A stretch of 64,000 bases of DNA from the NCBI RefSeq assembly GCF_004010195.1, contig NC_057718.1:89755497-89819496 (forward strand), in the 5' to 3' direction. Source of the DNA: Chiloscyllium plagiosum. Taxonomy: Eukaryota. This document shows, piece by piece, positions 25,921 through 40,087 of the stretch. The notes under the pieces are model-generated. The model worked only from the letters and a program-made list of their open reading frames with translations, was not told the DNA's origin and made no database searches. How positions within the stretch are numbered: the stretch's first letter is position 1; every line of letters begins with the position of its first letter. The position numbers were made by a program, and so were the translations under genes.

Positions 25921-26779
25921 GGTTCAAGTGACCAAATACTTGGCCAATGTGGTAGGCTTCTAGGAATGTTTTTGAGGTGAAAAGAGAAGTAGAGAGGCGG
26001 ATGATGCAGGGAGCGAATTCTAAAGGATGGGATCTTAACAGCTGAAGTTACTCGTGATTGAGCAATTAAAATGGTGAATGCGCAAGAAGTTAGATTCATT
26101 GAGCACAGAGATCTCAGAGGACTGTTGTAGGGGATCACAGTGAAAGGCAGGGGTGAAAGCATTGAAAATATTTGAAATTAAGCATGACAATTTAAAAATT
26201 GAAGGCATTGCTTCAGTGAGGATCAGTGTAGGTCAGTTAGAACAGGGGAGACCAGCCAAGAATACATTAGAATAGTCAAGTCTGAATGTAACAAACAGAT
26301 AGCTGAGAGCTTCAGAACAAAAAGGCTGAGGCAAAAATGAAATGAGTCATTTTCAGGGAGATGTGAAGGGACCATCTTAGTGATGTTGTAGATATGTGGT
26401 TAGAAACTCATTTCAGAGTAAAGTTTAACCCCAAGGTAGCAAACTGGTCCAGACAATGCAAGGGTGAAGTCAGTTACAAGGAAATGAAGGTTGTGACAAC
26501 AACCACAGACAATGTCATTTGGCTCTTCCAATATTTGGTTGGAAAATCTTTCTGCTCATCCGATATTGAAGTCTGATAAGGCTTCCATTTTCTGATGGGC
26601 ACTCCTCTCTGCTGCCTATATTCAAAGCATGTCAAATCTTTTTCATCCAGCACTCCTGCACTCTGTAACCTAGACTGGCTCCATTCTCAGGCAATGCTGC
26701 CATTTTTCCAATGCTTCTGATTTCCTCCATTTCCTCAACACTCCCTATCTATGTAAACTCTAAACACATGTCCTTTCTT

Positions 26780-27280
26780 ACTCTTTCATGGGATGTGATC
26801 AGCTAGCAAAACATTTATTGCCCACCCTTAGTTGCCCTGGAGAAGATGGAGGTTGGCTTCCTTTTTTATCTACGGAGTTTGTGGTAGGATCCTGGGATTC
26901 TGATCTAGCAACAATAGAGGAATGGCAATATATGTACCTGTCCCGCTGGTGAGTTTCTTGGTGGGAACTTGCAAATGTTATTCCCACGTATCTGCTACTC
27001 TTGTCCTCTGGATGGGAGAGGTTGTGGGTCCAGAAGTTCTGGGTGAGTTACTGCAGTAGGTCTTATGGACGGTACATATTGCTGTCACTGTGTGTCAGAG
27101 ATGGAGGAAGTAAATGTTTAAGGTTACGGATGGAGTGCGAAACAAGCAGATGGCTTTGACCGAGGTGGTGTGAAGCTTCATTAGTGTTGTTGGAGCTGTA
27201 TTCATCCAGAAAATTGGGGAATATTCCATCACATTCCTGACTTATGCCTTGTAGATTGTGGATAGGCTTTGGAAGTTGGA
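26780..27280 (-). mobile_element. Degraded 3' part of the LINE family at 13180-15480
   Basis: Shares catttattgcccaccctta...gttgcccct with 12075-12400. Confidence 0.7.
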
Positions 27281-28073
27281 CTTCACATTACAAATTCCCT
27301 CTGAGACCCCTGTGCTCCTCCACAACCGGTGTATACTAAAGCTCTGATTTTAATCACTCCCACTTTCATGGCTATGTTATCAGCTGCCCAGATCCTGAGC
27401 TCTGGAATTCCTTCCTTAAAACTCTCCAGATCAATCTGCTCCTTGAAACCCAAGTCTTGATTTAGTCAAATCACCGAGTATGACACTAGGTTCAAATTTT
27501 GCCAGAGGCAATGAAGCCCTTTGTTACTATGCCAAAGGTGTTATTGAGCTGTTTTGCTCACTGAACCAACCCTTTCTGTGAGATTTGGAATATTTCACTA
27601 TTATTTTAATGTCCTACCTATGCTTCTTACTACTTTAAGTCCTAGATGATACTATTTCCCATCTTGTGGTCTCTATAAAGGTAAACTTGCCATAGTCTTA
27701 CCAGGGCACTGACATTGGAGAGAGGTGACTGGTGATGGTTTAACACAAAGGTCACCTTACCTCAGGCAGGGGGAAAGGTTGAGAAGGGAAATCCTTCATG
27801 GTAACCTCAGCCAGTGCGGAAATCCTTGAGTGGATCTTGCATAACCCCTGAATATTGATAAAAGTGATGCAAACTACAGCCAGGATGTGCCCATGGCACC
27901 AAGAGTGGCCCAGCTACACAGGGGACACAAGGAAGTCCATAAAAAACAATAGTGATAAATGATTTGATAGTTAGGGCCGCAGATAGATGATTCTGTGACA
28001 AGTGACATTAATCCCGGATGGTGTGTGGTCTCCCTTGTGTCAGAGTCAAGGATGTCACTGAATAGCTTCGGCT

Positions 28074-29117
28074 GTAAGGTGCGTGATTTATATACATTTT
28101 AACATGATTTTATTTTAGAGTTTGGATTTTGAACTAGTGGAATATGGGTTTTAGTCTGTGCATATGAGAGGTTTAATCATTAACTTGGGTGCCAGTATGA
28201 GAGAGAGAGAAAGAGAGATAACTCCTGGGGTGATTGTTTGTATTGAAAGAGTTTTACAAGCAGATAGAGTAAATATTGAGTAACATTAGCTTGCTTTCTA
28301 TTTAGAAGGATCAAGAATTTTTTTTCACTTGGGAGAAAACCTATGGCTTAGAAACCTTTGATTTTCAGTTTACACAGTCCTAATTGAAGTTATAACGATA
28401 AAACAGCTTCTCTTGAAGAAAGAAGATGGCTTAAAACTGTTAGGAATATCTCAGGATGTTAATATGTAAGTTCCAAACCAGAAGTGTTTGGCTCGAGCCC
28501 ACAAGGATTATTCAAAGTTGAAAGAGTCTAACCTCTATTGTGAGACTAATCAAGGAAGAGGCTATTGCGGTGATTGGAACCAGGGTCAGATGGATTTCGT
28601 TGACAATGAGATCCCTGATTGGGATTAACCTGAACCAATCAGGGAGCCCTAGCTGACAGAATTTAACAGGAGATTCAGAAGGTCTCCTCAGTCTACGGAC
28701 CGGCTTTAAGCTGGCTGGCCACAGTCCATGTATTATGCAGAAGTAAATAAAGGGTGACTTGGTGACGGGGTAATCACCCTCTGTCCAGTTATTTCAGCTA
28801 CCAAACTCTGAAGATTGGAGATTGAAATGAACAGCTAAGTTTGACCCATTGCTATAAAAGAGAAGCAAACCTTCACTGGTGTTTCAGTATTAAAACATAA
28901 TAGATGGACCGTATTTTTACTGTGTGTTTCAAACTTTTTCAAATTGTGGCTGTATATTCTGTTGGCATGGTTTATTCTGTTGCATCTTCTTTTTCCTTTT
29001 GCATTCATTGTTCAAACCAAACCTGTAGCATTGGGTGCCTATGTTTTCTAAAAAATAAAACAAAGTGTGATCCTTCAAATCAGATTTCAATTGGGATCTG
29101 ATTTGACCAGTAATAAC
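28074..29117 (+). mobile_element. Probable solo LTR (TG...CA) inserted in a CR1 ORF1 remnant
   Basis: Begins TGTAAG and ends TAACA. The flanks read as CR1 ORF1 esterase remnants (VCGLP--RVKDV on the left; IVHNGTNNIG on the right). Confidence 0.5.
28566..28796 (+). mobile_element. Short solo LTR (Gypsy-like) nested in the larger LTR
   Basis: TG...TTATTTCA ends, internal AATAAA, flanking GCTAT/GCTAC. A related copy lies on the minus strand at 32924-33150. Confidence 0.7.
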
Positions 29118-29229
29118 ATCAATTGCAGGACAGTAAACAGCCAGCGTCATTGTCCACAATGGGACCAACAATATAGGTGGATGAAGGGATATAGTCCTGC
29201 ACACACTGAATATCAAGAGACAGTGGTTA

Positions 29230-30110
29230 CATTAACTCTTATTGGAAATGGTCATTGCCTGGTGTTTGTTTGGTGAGAATGGTACTTGCTACTTGGATAT
29301 TGTCCAGATCTTGTTGCATTTGAACATGGATTGCATCAGTGTCTGAGGCATCACAAATGCGGTGCTGAACACTGTGCAATTGTCGGCAAACAGGTGGATT
29401 CAAGATTATATACCCTCCACATTTCTGTGAAGCCAAGATGACTGACCTCCAATAACCATAACTACCTTCATATGTGCCAGGTATGACCCAAACCAGTGGA
29501 GAGCTTTCCTCCCTGATACCCACAACACCAGTTTCACGAGGGCTGCTTGATGCCATACTCAATCAAGTGCAGCATGATGTCAAGGGCTGTCACTCTCACC
29601 TCCCCTCTGGTATTTAGCTCTTTTATCAATGTTTGAACCAAGGCTGTAATGAGGTCAGGAGCTGAGTGGCCCTGGCAGAACCCAAACTGGGCGCCACTGA
29701 GCAAGTTATTATTGAGCAAATGCTGCTTGACAGCACTGTTAATGACGTTTTCCATCACTTCACTGATAATCGAGAGTAGACTAATGGGACGGTAATTGGC
29801 CAGGTTGGATTTGCCCTGATTTTTACGTACAGGATGTACCTGGGCAATTTTCCACATTGTCGTGTAGATGCCAGTGTTGTGGCTGTACTGAAAGAGCTTG
29901 GCTGGGGAAGCAGCAAGTTCTGGAGCACAAGTACTATTGCCAGAATATTGTCAGGGCCCCAGTGCTTCCAACCATTCCTTGATATCACATGGAGTGAATT
30001 GAATTGTATGACGATTAGTATCTGTGATGCTGAGGACCACTGGAGGAGACTGAGAAGGATCATCCACTCAGCACTTCTGGTCAAACATTGCTGTAATGCT
30101 TCGGCCTTAT
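29230..30110 (-). mobile_element. LINE RT fragment (same family as 13180-15480)
   Basis: WKIAQVHPV...ANYRPISLLSIIS...QFGF...VTALDI. Confidence 0.88.
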
Positions 30111-32923
30111 CTATAATTTGTGGATATAACAGAGACCTGGCTCAAGGCAGGGTAGTACTCGTTGTCAAATATTTCTGGATACAAAGTGTTCAGGAAAGAT
30201 AGAAAAGGTTGAACAGGTGGTGGGAAAGCAGTATTGATTAAGGGGAGAATGGTCCAGTGTGGTGGAGGTAGGTTTAATCAACACTTTCAAAAGAGAATTG
30301 GATTGTTATTTGATAAGGAACAATATGTAGTGTTAAAAGGAGAATGGCACTAAGTAATGTGCTCATTCAATGGGCTAGCACATACACAGTGGGTCAAATG
30401 GCCTCTTTCTGTGATGTAACAATTTGGTGATCCTATAATGGGTGAAAGCAAACCCTAATTATGTGATCTTCCAACACCACACTCCTCCCTCCAGCTCCCA
30501 CACATGACCTCAAGTGGAACTTAGGACCCAGTCTCCCAATGGTACAGAACCACAACTCCATGCCTGCCAAGGAAGAGAGGAGGGCACCCACTCACCCCAT
30601 CATTAACAATGGGAGTAGGACCATAGTCCATCTTACCAGTTCTAGCTACACCTCTCCTCTTAACCCAACTGTATGTCAGCATACTAAATCCGAACAACCA
30701 ATCCCCCCTTAGGGCATGTCAATGGTTTCAAAGAGGAACACCTGATTTAGTGCTGAACAGGGCAGTGGACTGGGGACAGATGAGATCCCCATGTGTTATC
30801 ACTTCTCCAAGCTAAACATTACAGGGGACTGCTCATACTTTAAAAGTCCACTGGTACTGACAATGGCACTTTCCCAGAGATTAGTGAGCCTCTTGCCATC
30901 TGGTGGGGTAGATGCTAACTCTTGGGGTATATGTTCCAAATCAAGCCATTTAAAGATGTTATTACGCACCTGTGCAGCAGGGAGACTTAAACCCAGGGCT
31001 TCTAGCTCAAAGGTAGGGACACCACCATCAGACCACAAAAGCTCCAAACTTCAGGAGTGTGTTGGAGGAGTTGCTGACCCATGCAGAAGGTCTTTGTCCA
31101 GCACACATAGTTCATGGCATCTCCAGGACTCATTTCAATCACTTGAAGGGAATCAGAAAGAAATTTTCCAGTATGTGTGTGTGTATGTATGTGTTTTTCA
31201 CTCCTTAACAGTCCTGTTGCTTTGCTTGCCTCTTCCAGGAAATGACATAACTGACAGGAAGTGCCTAGCCGTGAGCATGAGGGCAGGTTTGATAAGCCTG
31301 TGGATCTTTTCCTACCCATCATGTTTGTACGTTTAGCAAAGGGTCCCAAAATAACACACATGATAGCAACACCATCTCATTCTACACCCAGACAGTGATT
31401 GGCCACATCTCTAAGCTACAACCTGTTGGGGAAGTCAACCATGCTGACTATTCACCAGCTTGTGCGATTGTAATCGTCTAACACCACACCCACTCAGGCA
31501 TTTGGACCTTGGCCACCCATTAAAGCAGACTGGCCTCAGAGGGATTTGAGAGGATTGATGAAGACTAGCACCGTTGACTAATGAAGCCTGAATCACACAT
31601 TTCAAAAGCACTAAGACCTTCAGAACCAATGCCACAGTAAATTCGCACCTTGACCCTCGACTGATGTCAAATGCTCTTTGTGGAGTTTTCCTTAATCCAC
31701 TTAGCTTGAGCCAGAACGCAAAGGACAAATTGAAGTACTCCACCTTCCGATAACCTCACCCTGCTAAATGGACAGTGTCACAGCAGAGTAATGCGATAGT
31801 ACCAAGTGTTAGTGTACTGGCACCCATCCCATGTTCTCAAGCATGCAGCACTATTTGACAAATGAGTCTCCACTTCCTACCAGAGAGGCCCTTACCTCCC
31901 TTCAATATTTCTTGCTTCATTCCAACTCTGCTGCCATCCCCACAAGCTCCCTTCCCCACACCCCTGCCATCCCAAGCTCCTCTACAATCCGGTGAAGATG
32001 AGACACTAAGGTAATGCAGAGCAAATTTGCAGCCTGTCACTATAGTGCCAGCTTTTACTTAGCAGTGGAGTCCCTTTTTTCTTCAAGAGTTATGACTGAA
32101 TTTATAGCATTCATTTGAGGCGAGTTTGATTTGCAACTTCTGAAGTTCAGCTGAGCATCAGTCACAAAGTGAAAAAAAGAAACAAACTTAAGGTTTCATG
32201 AAACAAAGAATTGCAGAGTTTCTCCAGCAATTTCTGTTTTGCTTCAAATTTAAGGTTTACTTGGATTGAGCTGCAATGGTAGCAATTTTAGCACTGAGTC
32301 AAAATGTCGTAGATTCAACCCCGACTCCAGAAAATTGAGGTCAAAGTTGCGACAGACACTGGTGTGCAATAGTGAGGGAGTGCTGCACTGTTATGAGGTG
32401 TGGTCTTTTGGATGAGCCATTAAGCTGGGGCCTCACACTGGACTTAAAGGGGACTATTCAAAGAATAGCAGCTTCACCTCAATCAATGGCATTTAAAAGA
32501 AACATCTAAAAATAAGAAAGAATAGCTTTACGTAGCATTTTCGCAACCACAGATGTCTCAGAACGCCTTGCAAACGGTGAATTTCCTTTTGAAATGTCTT
32601 CACTTTTGCAATATGGGAAAGAGACAGCCAATGAACACACAGAAAACTCTCCCAAAAACCAATGTGATAATGTTCAGATAAACCGCTCTGGTGATGTTGA
32701 TTAAGAGGTGAATATTAACAAGAATATCTGCAGTACTTCAAAATAGTGCAATGGTGTATTATGCATGCACCCAAACATGTAGATGGAGATCTCGATTGAA
32801 CGTGTCATTTAAAAGACAGCACCTCAGAGAGTGCAGCACTCCTTCAGTACCGCACTGGAATGTCAGCCTTAAACCTCATTGAGAAGCACATGCACTGCCA
32901 ACACATACACTGGATACTACTTC

Positions 32924-33150
32924 TGAGGTAACTCCACAGAGGCCAGTATCCCATCATCCAGTCACTCTTTATTTAGAGTGTTTGATGCTGATCTGACTCC
33001 CTCAGAGCCAGCTCTCAGAGTTAACAGAGCTCTGACACTCCCAGTTATATCTGTCAGCCAGATCTCCCTGACTGGACCAGGTTAACAGCCCCAGTCAGGT
33101 AACTCATATTCTATGAGATCCATCTGGCTGAACTCGCTACGATCACTATA
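32924..33150 (-). mobile_element. Short solo LTR, same family as 28566-28796
   Basis: Its reverse complement aligns by eye (cagatggat...ttaacctg...tcagggag...gctgacaga...aataaa). Confidence 0.7.
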
Positions 33151-33439
33151 AATTAATTGCTGTTTGTGGGAGCTGACTACTGCATCTCTGTACATTACAT
33201 TAGTGAGTACCCTTCAAAAGCCCTTCATCAGCTGTAACACACTTTAGGACACCCTGAAGTTGCATAATGCACTATCTTTAAGTCTTTCAAAGAAACAGGT
33301 AATTCAATAATTTGAATAAAAGAAATAAATAATGGCAGGAACTTAGTACTAAAAATAATAAGAAAGCTTCCCGATCAAATCTGAAGTCAGCCAAGGTTAT
33401 ACCCCCTACCTCTCTCTCTCGCTCTCTCTCTCCCTGTCT

Positions 33440-35585
33440 GGGGGTTTGTATTTTGTATAAAATATTTTGTATTTTGTCTGAAACACTTTGTTAAGTCCAT
33501 CAGGAAGGATGCAGGCAGAAGTGAGATGACTCACCCTGGTAGTAGAGGCAGTACAGGAGACATAGGACTTCATATTGAGGTAAGCACTGAGGCTTGGGGC
33601 CATTTTTGCAAAGTACAATGGGGAAAGTCCATTATCTAAGACCTTTCAACCCCAGATACTAATGAGTTAGAGACTGGACAAAATTCCTGGAGCTGTACTT
33701 TGGACATGTGATGGACATTGTAAAATTAACTTTGTAAACATTAATTACATTAGCACATGTAATGAGTAGCATGCGGTTTTGAAAAGAAAAGGATTTAGTT
33801 TGCACACATCAAGTTTGAACACTCATCATGTATTTTTATAAGTTTCATGAGAAAGGTAGAATTTTCAGGAAGAAAATTGTATAATCTGTGTATTGTATCA
33901 AACTGCTTCCCCAGTCTATCAGGAAGGATACAACTGGGCCGACTATCCCAGGCAGTGGAGTCACCAAGTCAAATCCCCTCTGTTGCATGGATGTTGTTAC
34001 CATTTCCTGCTCAGATCCACGGAGGAGCATCTGAGCCCAGTTTGAACTGACCTTGGAACCTGTAGTAATGGCTCTGATCCACAGTGTCGTGACAATGACC
34101 TGAGACACCTTTTGCCTTATCTGGAGGTTAAAACCGGACTGTGTTCAAAGCAACATGGCGAACAAACCTCTAGATTTGCGGGGTAAAGTATTCCACATGT
34201 AGCCTTCACCCATTGGTCACCTCTCTGAGCAGCTGCATGGAACTGTGCGCAGTTCCTCTGTAGGTATACACAAAGTGTCTTTGTGGGTTGAGGTTGGATC
34301 TGTCCAGTGAAATGAAGGATGGGTCTGGCCTTGCTGCGGTGGAACGCTCCATATTGTTGGAATCGGACCATATCCCTTGGGTATGTCTGTGCAGAAAGCA
34401 CCTTTTGCCACAGATCTATCAGGCAGTGGTCCATACATATCCTCCTCAAGACATTGTGGGGAAAGGAGATGGTTGGAACCCTGTGCAGATATTTGGCTGA
34501 ATGCTTTATTGCCAGAACCTTCAGATGATCACAAAGACGTTGTGTGGGTGATGATGAGGAAGCCCACCCCAGCTCCAATAGACTTTTCATAGGGTCAGAC
34601 AGCACACACTTTGTACCAATCTGTCCATACCGACCATAATCCCAAACTAAACTAGCCCCACCTACAAGCTCAAAGTCTCACTTCCAAAACAAACACCCCT
34701 CCAGGTGGATAAGACAATTGTCCTGCTCTTTCTGGATAATGCTTTCGTGAAGGACAATTGTAGAATGGTTACAGCATGGAATGAGGCACTGGTCTATAAC
34801 AGGAGCAGTGCCCATGAAACAGGAAATGGTTTCAAACCTTGCGCTCAATATCCTCTTCCCTGGAATATGCATCATAAACATGAATTGCCCTTGTGGTTGT
34901 AGTGAGGCATCTCAGAGTGTCACGTGTTGCGGAGGAAGAATTGAACCGTGCTGCACTTTGAACAATGTTCAGATAGGAACACAGAAACAGGAGGAGGCCA
35001 TTCAGTTCATCAAGCCTGCCCCACCAGTCAACAGGATCATAGGTGATCAAATATTTCTTACTCACTCCATCCTCATACCTCTGCAAATTGTTGGTAGTCA
35101 GAAATTTATCAATCTCTACTGTAAACACAATCAAAGACTGAGTTAGCTTCCAGAGCCCTTGTGGTAGAGAATTCCAAACGTTCACAGCCCCACAAATAAA
35201 ATAATTTCTCCCCATCTCGGACCTAAGTGGTAACTCTCTTATTTTTAAATCGTGCCCCATGGTTACAGCCTCCCCATCACGGGGAAACCTTTCTTTTACA
35301 ATGATCCTGTCTATCCCTTTGAGTATTTTGTAGGTTTCAATGACATCACCTCAATTTAAACTGATACGGAATGTCATTTTACATGTGAAATCCCTGTGTG
35401 TGTATATTTGTTATGAAATTAATGTTGTGAATATATTCTAGAAATCTAAGTGTAACAAAACTCCTGGAGTTGCCACATACTGTATCAAAGAAAATTAATC
35501 TGTTTTTGCACTTTATGCTGTGTTAAACTGTTCTAAAATTTTACAAATTTTTTAATGAAAAAGAGTATTTTTGCAAAAATACATC
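33440..35585 (+). mobile_element. Cluster of degraded Tx1-clade LINE pieces, interrupted by CR1 fragments (34605-34670; 34970-35350, minus)
   Basis: Plus-strand remnants DVVTISCSDP, FCLIWRLKPDCVQ...KPLD, LPEPSDDHKDVVWVMMRK and LFPG...NMNC, typical of Tx1 ORF2; AT-rich 3' tails. Confidence 0.6.
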
Positions 35586-35824
35586 TCCCTATGCATTCAC
35601 TAAGTACATGAGATGACAGATTTCCTCAGCTTGCATCTAATTATTATTATTTCTGACAAAGAATTGGCTGATTGTCTTAAGGTTTCACAGCTGACAGATG
35701 TATGGGGCATCAGGTAACCATTTGGTCAGGACACCGGGCTGGATAAGGTGCAGGACCAGCCCCAGAGAGGCCGCGAGTAGGAGGTAGTGGTCTCCTTGCC
35801 TTAGATACCTGAGCGCCACTGAGC

Positions 35825-37845
35825 TGATAACTCCTAGTGCTGATATATCCCGGTGCTGATATCACCTGGTGTTGATATCTCCTGGTACTGATATCACCTG
35901 GTGTTGATATAATCCCGGTGCTGATATCACCTGGTGTTGATATCTCTTGATACTGATATCATCTGGTGTTGATATATCCCGGTGCTGATATCACCTGGTG
36001 TTGATATCTCTTGATACTGATATCACCTGGTGTTGATATTTCCTGATGCTGATATCTCTTGGTGCTGATATCACCTGATGTTGATATCTCTTGATACTGA
36101 TATCACTGGTGTTGATATCTCCTGATGCTGATATCTCCTAGTACTGATATCACTTGGTGCTGATATCTCCTGGTACTGATATCACTTGGCGTTGATGTCT
36201 CTTGATACTGATATCATCTAGTGTTGATATCACCTAATGCTGATATCTTCTAGTACTGATATCACTTGGTGCTGATATCTCCTGGTACTGATATCACCTG
36301 GTGTTGATATCTCTTGATACTGATATCACTGGTGTTGATATCTCCTGATGCTGATATCTCCTAGTACTGATATCACTTGGTGCTGATATTTCCTGGTACT
36401 GATTTCACCTGGTGGTGATATCTCTTGATACTGATATCACCTGGTGTTGATATCTCCTGATGCTGATATCACCTGGTGTTGATATCTTCTGATGCTGATA
36501 TCTCTAATACTGATATCACTTGGTGCTGATATCTCCTGTTACTGATATCACCTGGTGTTGATATCTCTTGATACTGATATCACCAGGTGTTGATATTTCC
36601 TGATGCTGATATCTCCTAGTACTGATATCACTTGGTGCTGATAACTCCTGGTACTGATATCACCCTGGTGTTGATATCTCTTGATACTGATATCACCTGG
36701 TGTTGATATCACCTGATGCTGATATCTTCTAGTACTGATATCACTTGGTGCTGATATCACCTGATGTTGATATCTCTTGATACTGATATCACTGGTGTTG
36801 ATATCTCCTGATGCTGATATCTCCTAGTACTGATATCACTTGGTGCTGATATCATCTGATGTTGATATCTCTTGATACTGATATCACTGGTGTTGATATC
36901 TCCTGATGTTGATATCTCTTGATACTGATATCACTGGTGTTGATATCTCCTGATGCTGATATCTCCTAGTACTGATATCACTTGGTGCTGATATCTCCTG
37001 GTACTGATATCACCTGGTGTTGATATCTCTTGATACTGATATCACCTGGTGTTGATATTTCCTGATGCTGATATGTCCTCGTACTGATATCACTTGGTGC
37101 TGATATCACCTGATGTTGATATCTCTTGATACTGATATCACTGGTGTTGATATCTCCTGATACTGATATCTTCTAGTACTGATATCACTTTGTGCTGATA
37201 TCTCCTGGTACTGATATCACCTGGTGTTGATATCTCTTGATACTGATATCACTGGTGTTGATATCTCCTGATGCTGATATCTCCTATTACTGATATCACT
37301 TGGTGCTGATATCTCCTGGTACTGATATCACCTGGTGTTGATATCTCTTGAAACTGATATCTCCTGGTGTTGATATTTCCTGATGCTGATATCTCCTAGT
37401 ACTGATATCACTGGTGTTGATATCTCCTGATGCTGGTATCTCCTAGTACTGATATCACTTGGTGCTGATATCTCCTGGTACTGATATCACCTGGTGTTGA
37501 TGTCTCTTGATACTGATATCACCTGGTGTTGGTATCACCTGCTGCTGATATCTTCTAGTACTGATATCACTTGGTGCTGATATCTCCTGGTACTGATATC
37601 ACCTGGTGTTGATATCTCTTGATACTGATATCACTGGTGTTGATATCTCCTGATGCTGATATCTCCTAGTACTGATATCACTTGGTGCTGATATCTCCTG
37701 GTACTGATTTCACCTGGTGTTGATATCTCTTGATACTGATATCACCTGGTGTTGATATCTCCTGATGCTGATAGCTCCTAGTACTGATATCACCTGGTAC
37801 TGATATCACCCCGGTGATGATATAGTCTGGAACTGATATCACCAA
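35825..37845. repeat. 16-bp satellite (T(G/A)(C/T)TGATATC(A/T)C(C/T)TGG-like) with about 111/112-bp higher-order unit
   Basis: About 2 kb of monomers, nearly all with GATATC. A 7-monomer pattern recurs (e.g. 36302 to 36413). Degenerate monomers continue to about 38000. Confidence 0.95.
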
Positions 37846-39134
37846 TGGCTGCAGTCTACCAGTGTCAACATCTCTTGGAGCTGATATCTCCCAGTGCCAA
37901 TATTGCCTGTTGCTAATATTTCCCTAGTGATGATATTGTCCAGTGCTGATATTCCCTGGAACCAAACTCCTCATGTGCTGATATTCCAGATATAGCCAAT
38001 GCAGTCCGATGCTGTTACACTCTGGAACTGACACCCCACTGGAGCCAAAAATCCCAAAGCCAATATCCACCTGAGCCTATACCCCCCTGAGCCGAGATAG
38101 CTGCGTATCCTGCATGCTGTATTTGCCTCACTGTTAGGTTGTCTCCTCAAGAGGCAAGGAGGTGATCAAAGGGCAGGATTAAAACCCAAGGATGACAGGA
38201 GATGTAAAACCCCAGGGAAGGAGAGATTTTTAAATGACCCAGTGAGAGGTGTGAATGCCCTGGGAAAGAGTAAAGCCTCAGGACAGTTGTTGATACCCAT
38301 GCAGAGAGAGAGTTAATGCCCCAAAGAGAGGGATTAATGACCATATAGAGAGAGAGTGCTGAATGATTTGTGAGAGGGTAAAGCTCCAAGTAGAGGTAGT
38401 ATTTCCTAAGAGAGAAGGGTAAAAACCGCAGGAGGCGTACTGACGGCATTAAAGCCTCAGCTGGTTGGTTGGGAAAGGCTGCTGGGCAATCGAGGGAGGG
38501 TGAGTGCTGTCAATTGTCCTGGCTGAATCAGAAACGAACAGAACAACACTCTGCAAATGGACACGCATCTCACCGAGGTTCGGTTATAAAGGTGGAGTGA
38601 CCAGAAATTAATACAAGGTTTCACCAATTGCAACATCCCTCCCAGCACATTGCCACGGTCTTGGGTCAGTCGGGAAGATTGCCTCCCAATCCTATGCGAT
38701 ACTGTGGAAAAGCCCATTCAAATGTGTCAAATGATCCATCAGAACAGGATTAGTCTATTCAGACTTAAAGGCCGCTTGTACTAGTTTGTGGGTGATCTGT
38801 ATGTTAACTCCATTGAGTTGTCTTTGTTCAATATTCCTAGGATTGACCTAGAATTGACTCAGAATGCAATGGTGGTGGAAGCAAATTCACCAACAGCTTT
38901 CTGAAAGGAATCGGATGTATGCTCAAAAATGAAAAATAAACTATGCATTGAAGAGAACAGTGCGGGGGGTAAGCTTGCTGGCTGTTTCATAGAGCTGACA
39001 GAGACATGATGAGCCAAATGGCCTCTATCTGTGCTCAATGGTTCTCACTGCAGACATTTGTAACATAAGGAATGCTAAAATTATGAAGCGGTGCTCTTTT
39101 CTAGCCTCAATACGCACCAAATAGTGTATCACAG

Positions 39135-39760
39135 CCAGTCATCATCACCGGCGGGCCCTCTTGGACAAGGATGACTCTCTTCCACTCTCATGGTGAGTCT
39201 GTAGGTGGCTGTACAGACCAGTGAGGGCTACATTGGGGGCAGAAGGTGGCCATGGGAAGAGGAGGGTGGGGCATTAGTGTGACAGCGTGCTCCTTTCCCT
39301 GCTCTCTCCTGGCTTCCTGACAGGAAGTCTCGAGGTGCTTGACACCTTCCCAGATGGTCCTCCTCCATTTTGGATGCCCTGGGGCCAGTGATTCCCAGGT
39401 GGTCTGCGGGAATGCTGCCGTGAGGCCCTGAAGCACTTCCTCTATCCACCTGGGGCTCGCCTGCCATTTCAGAACTGGGAGTGGAACACCTGCTTGGGGA
39501 GTCTCGTGTCGGCCATGGGGACAATGTGCCCAGCCCATCGCAGACAATCAAGGGGGTGTTCAGTGCCTCGATGCTGGGGATGTTGGCCTGGTCGATGATG
39601 CGTCTGTCTTCCCAGTGGATTCACATGATCTTGCAGAGGCAGTGTTGGTGGTACTGCCCCAGTGCCTTGAGGTGACTGCTGCAGACAGTCCACATCTCAC
39701 AGGCGTAGGCAGGAACCATCAAAGTTCTGTAAACCATGATCTTGGTAGCCAGTACAGTCA
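39135..39760 (-). mobile_element. RTE-clade LINE 3' fragment
   Basis: LRWAGHIVPMADTRLPKQV and TWESLA...WRRTIWEGV motifs. Confidence 0.85.
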
Positions 39761-40087
39761 ATATGATGGCAGGGGGTTCTGAAGAAGAGTTAATATGTTG
39801 ACACTGTTTACCTCTCCAGAGGTGCTGCTGGACCTGCTGAAGTCATTGTTTTTATTTGTAATAGCAGAGAATTGTGAACCAGTACTGCCATCTTCAGGTA
39901 GTCTAACTGAACTGCATGGCCCGGGCACAAACTTGTGAAACAGTTCTGAGGATTGAATCATCGAATTCATAGCAGTGAGGCAAACAGGGAAATGCATGAA
40001 ATTCAGGCTAATAGGTTAAAATCCCAGCAGGCCAGCTGGAGGAATTTCAAATTAATAAATAAAATTCTGGAAATGAAAATCTAGGAC

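Noticed and set aside
30791..31361. 181-aa and 119-aa ORFs
   Set aside because: No recognisable domain; they overlap SINE-like and microsatellite sequence.
35825..37845. CRISPR-like or coding interpretation of the 16-bp array (ORF 36548-36760)
   Set aside because: No unique spacers, eukaryotic context, and the ORF is a by-product of the periodicity.
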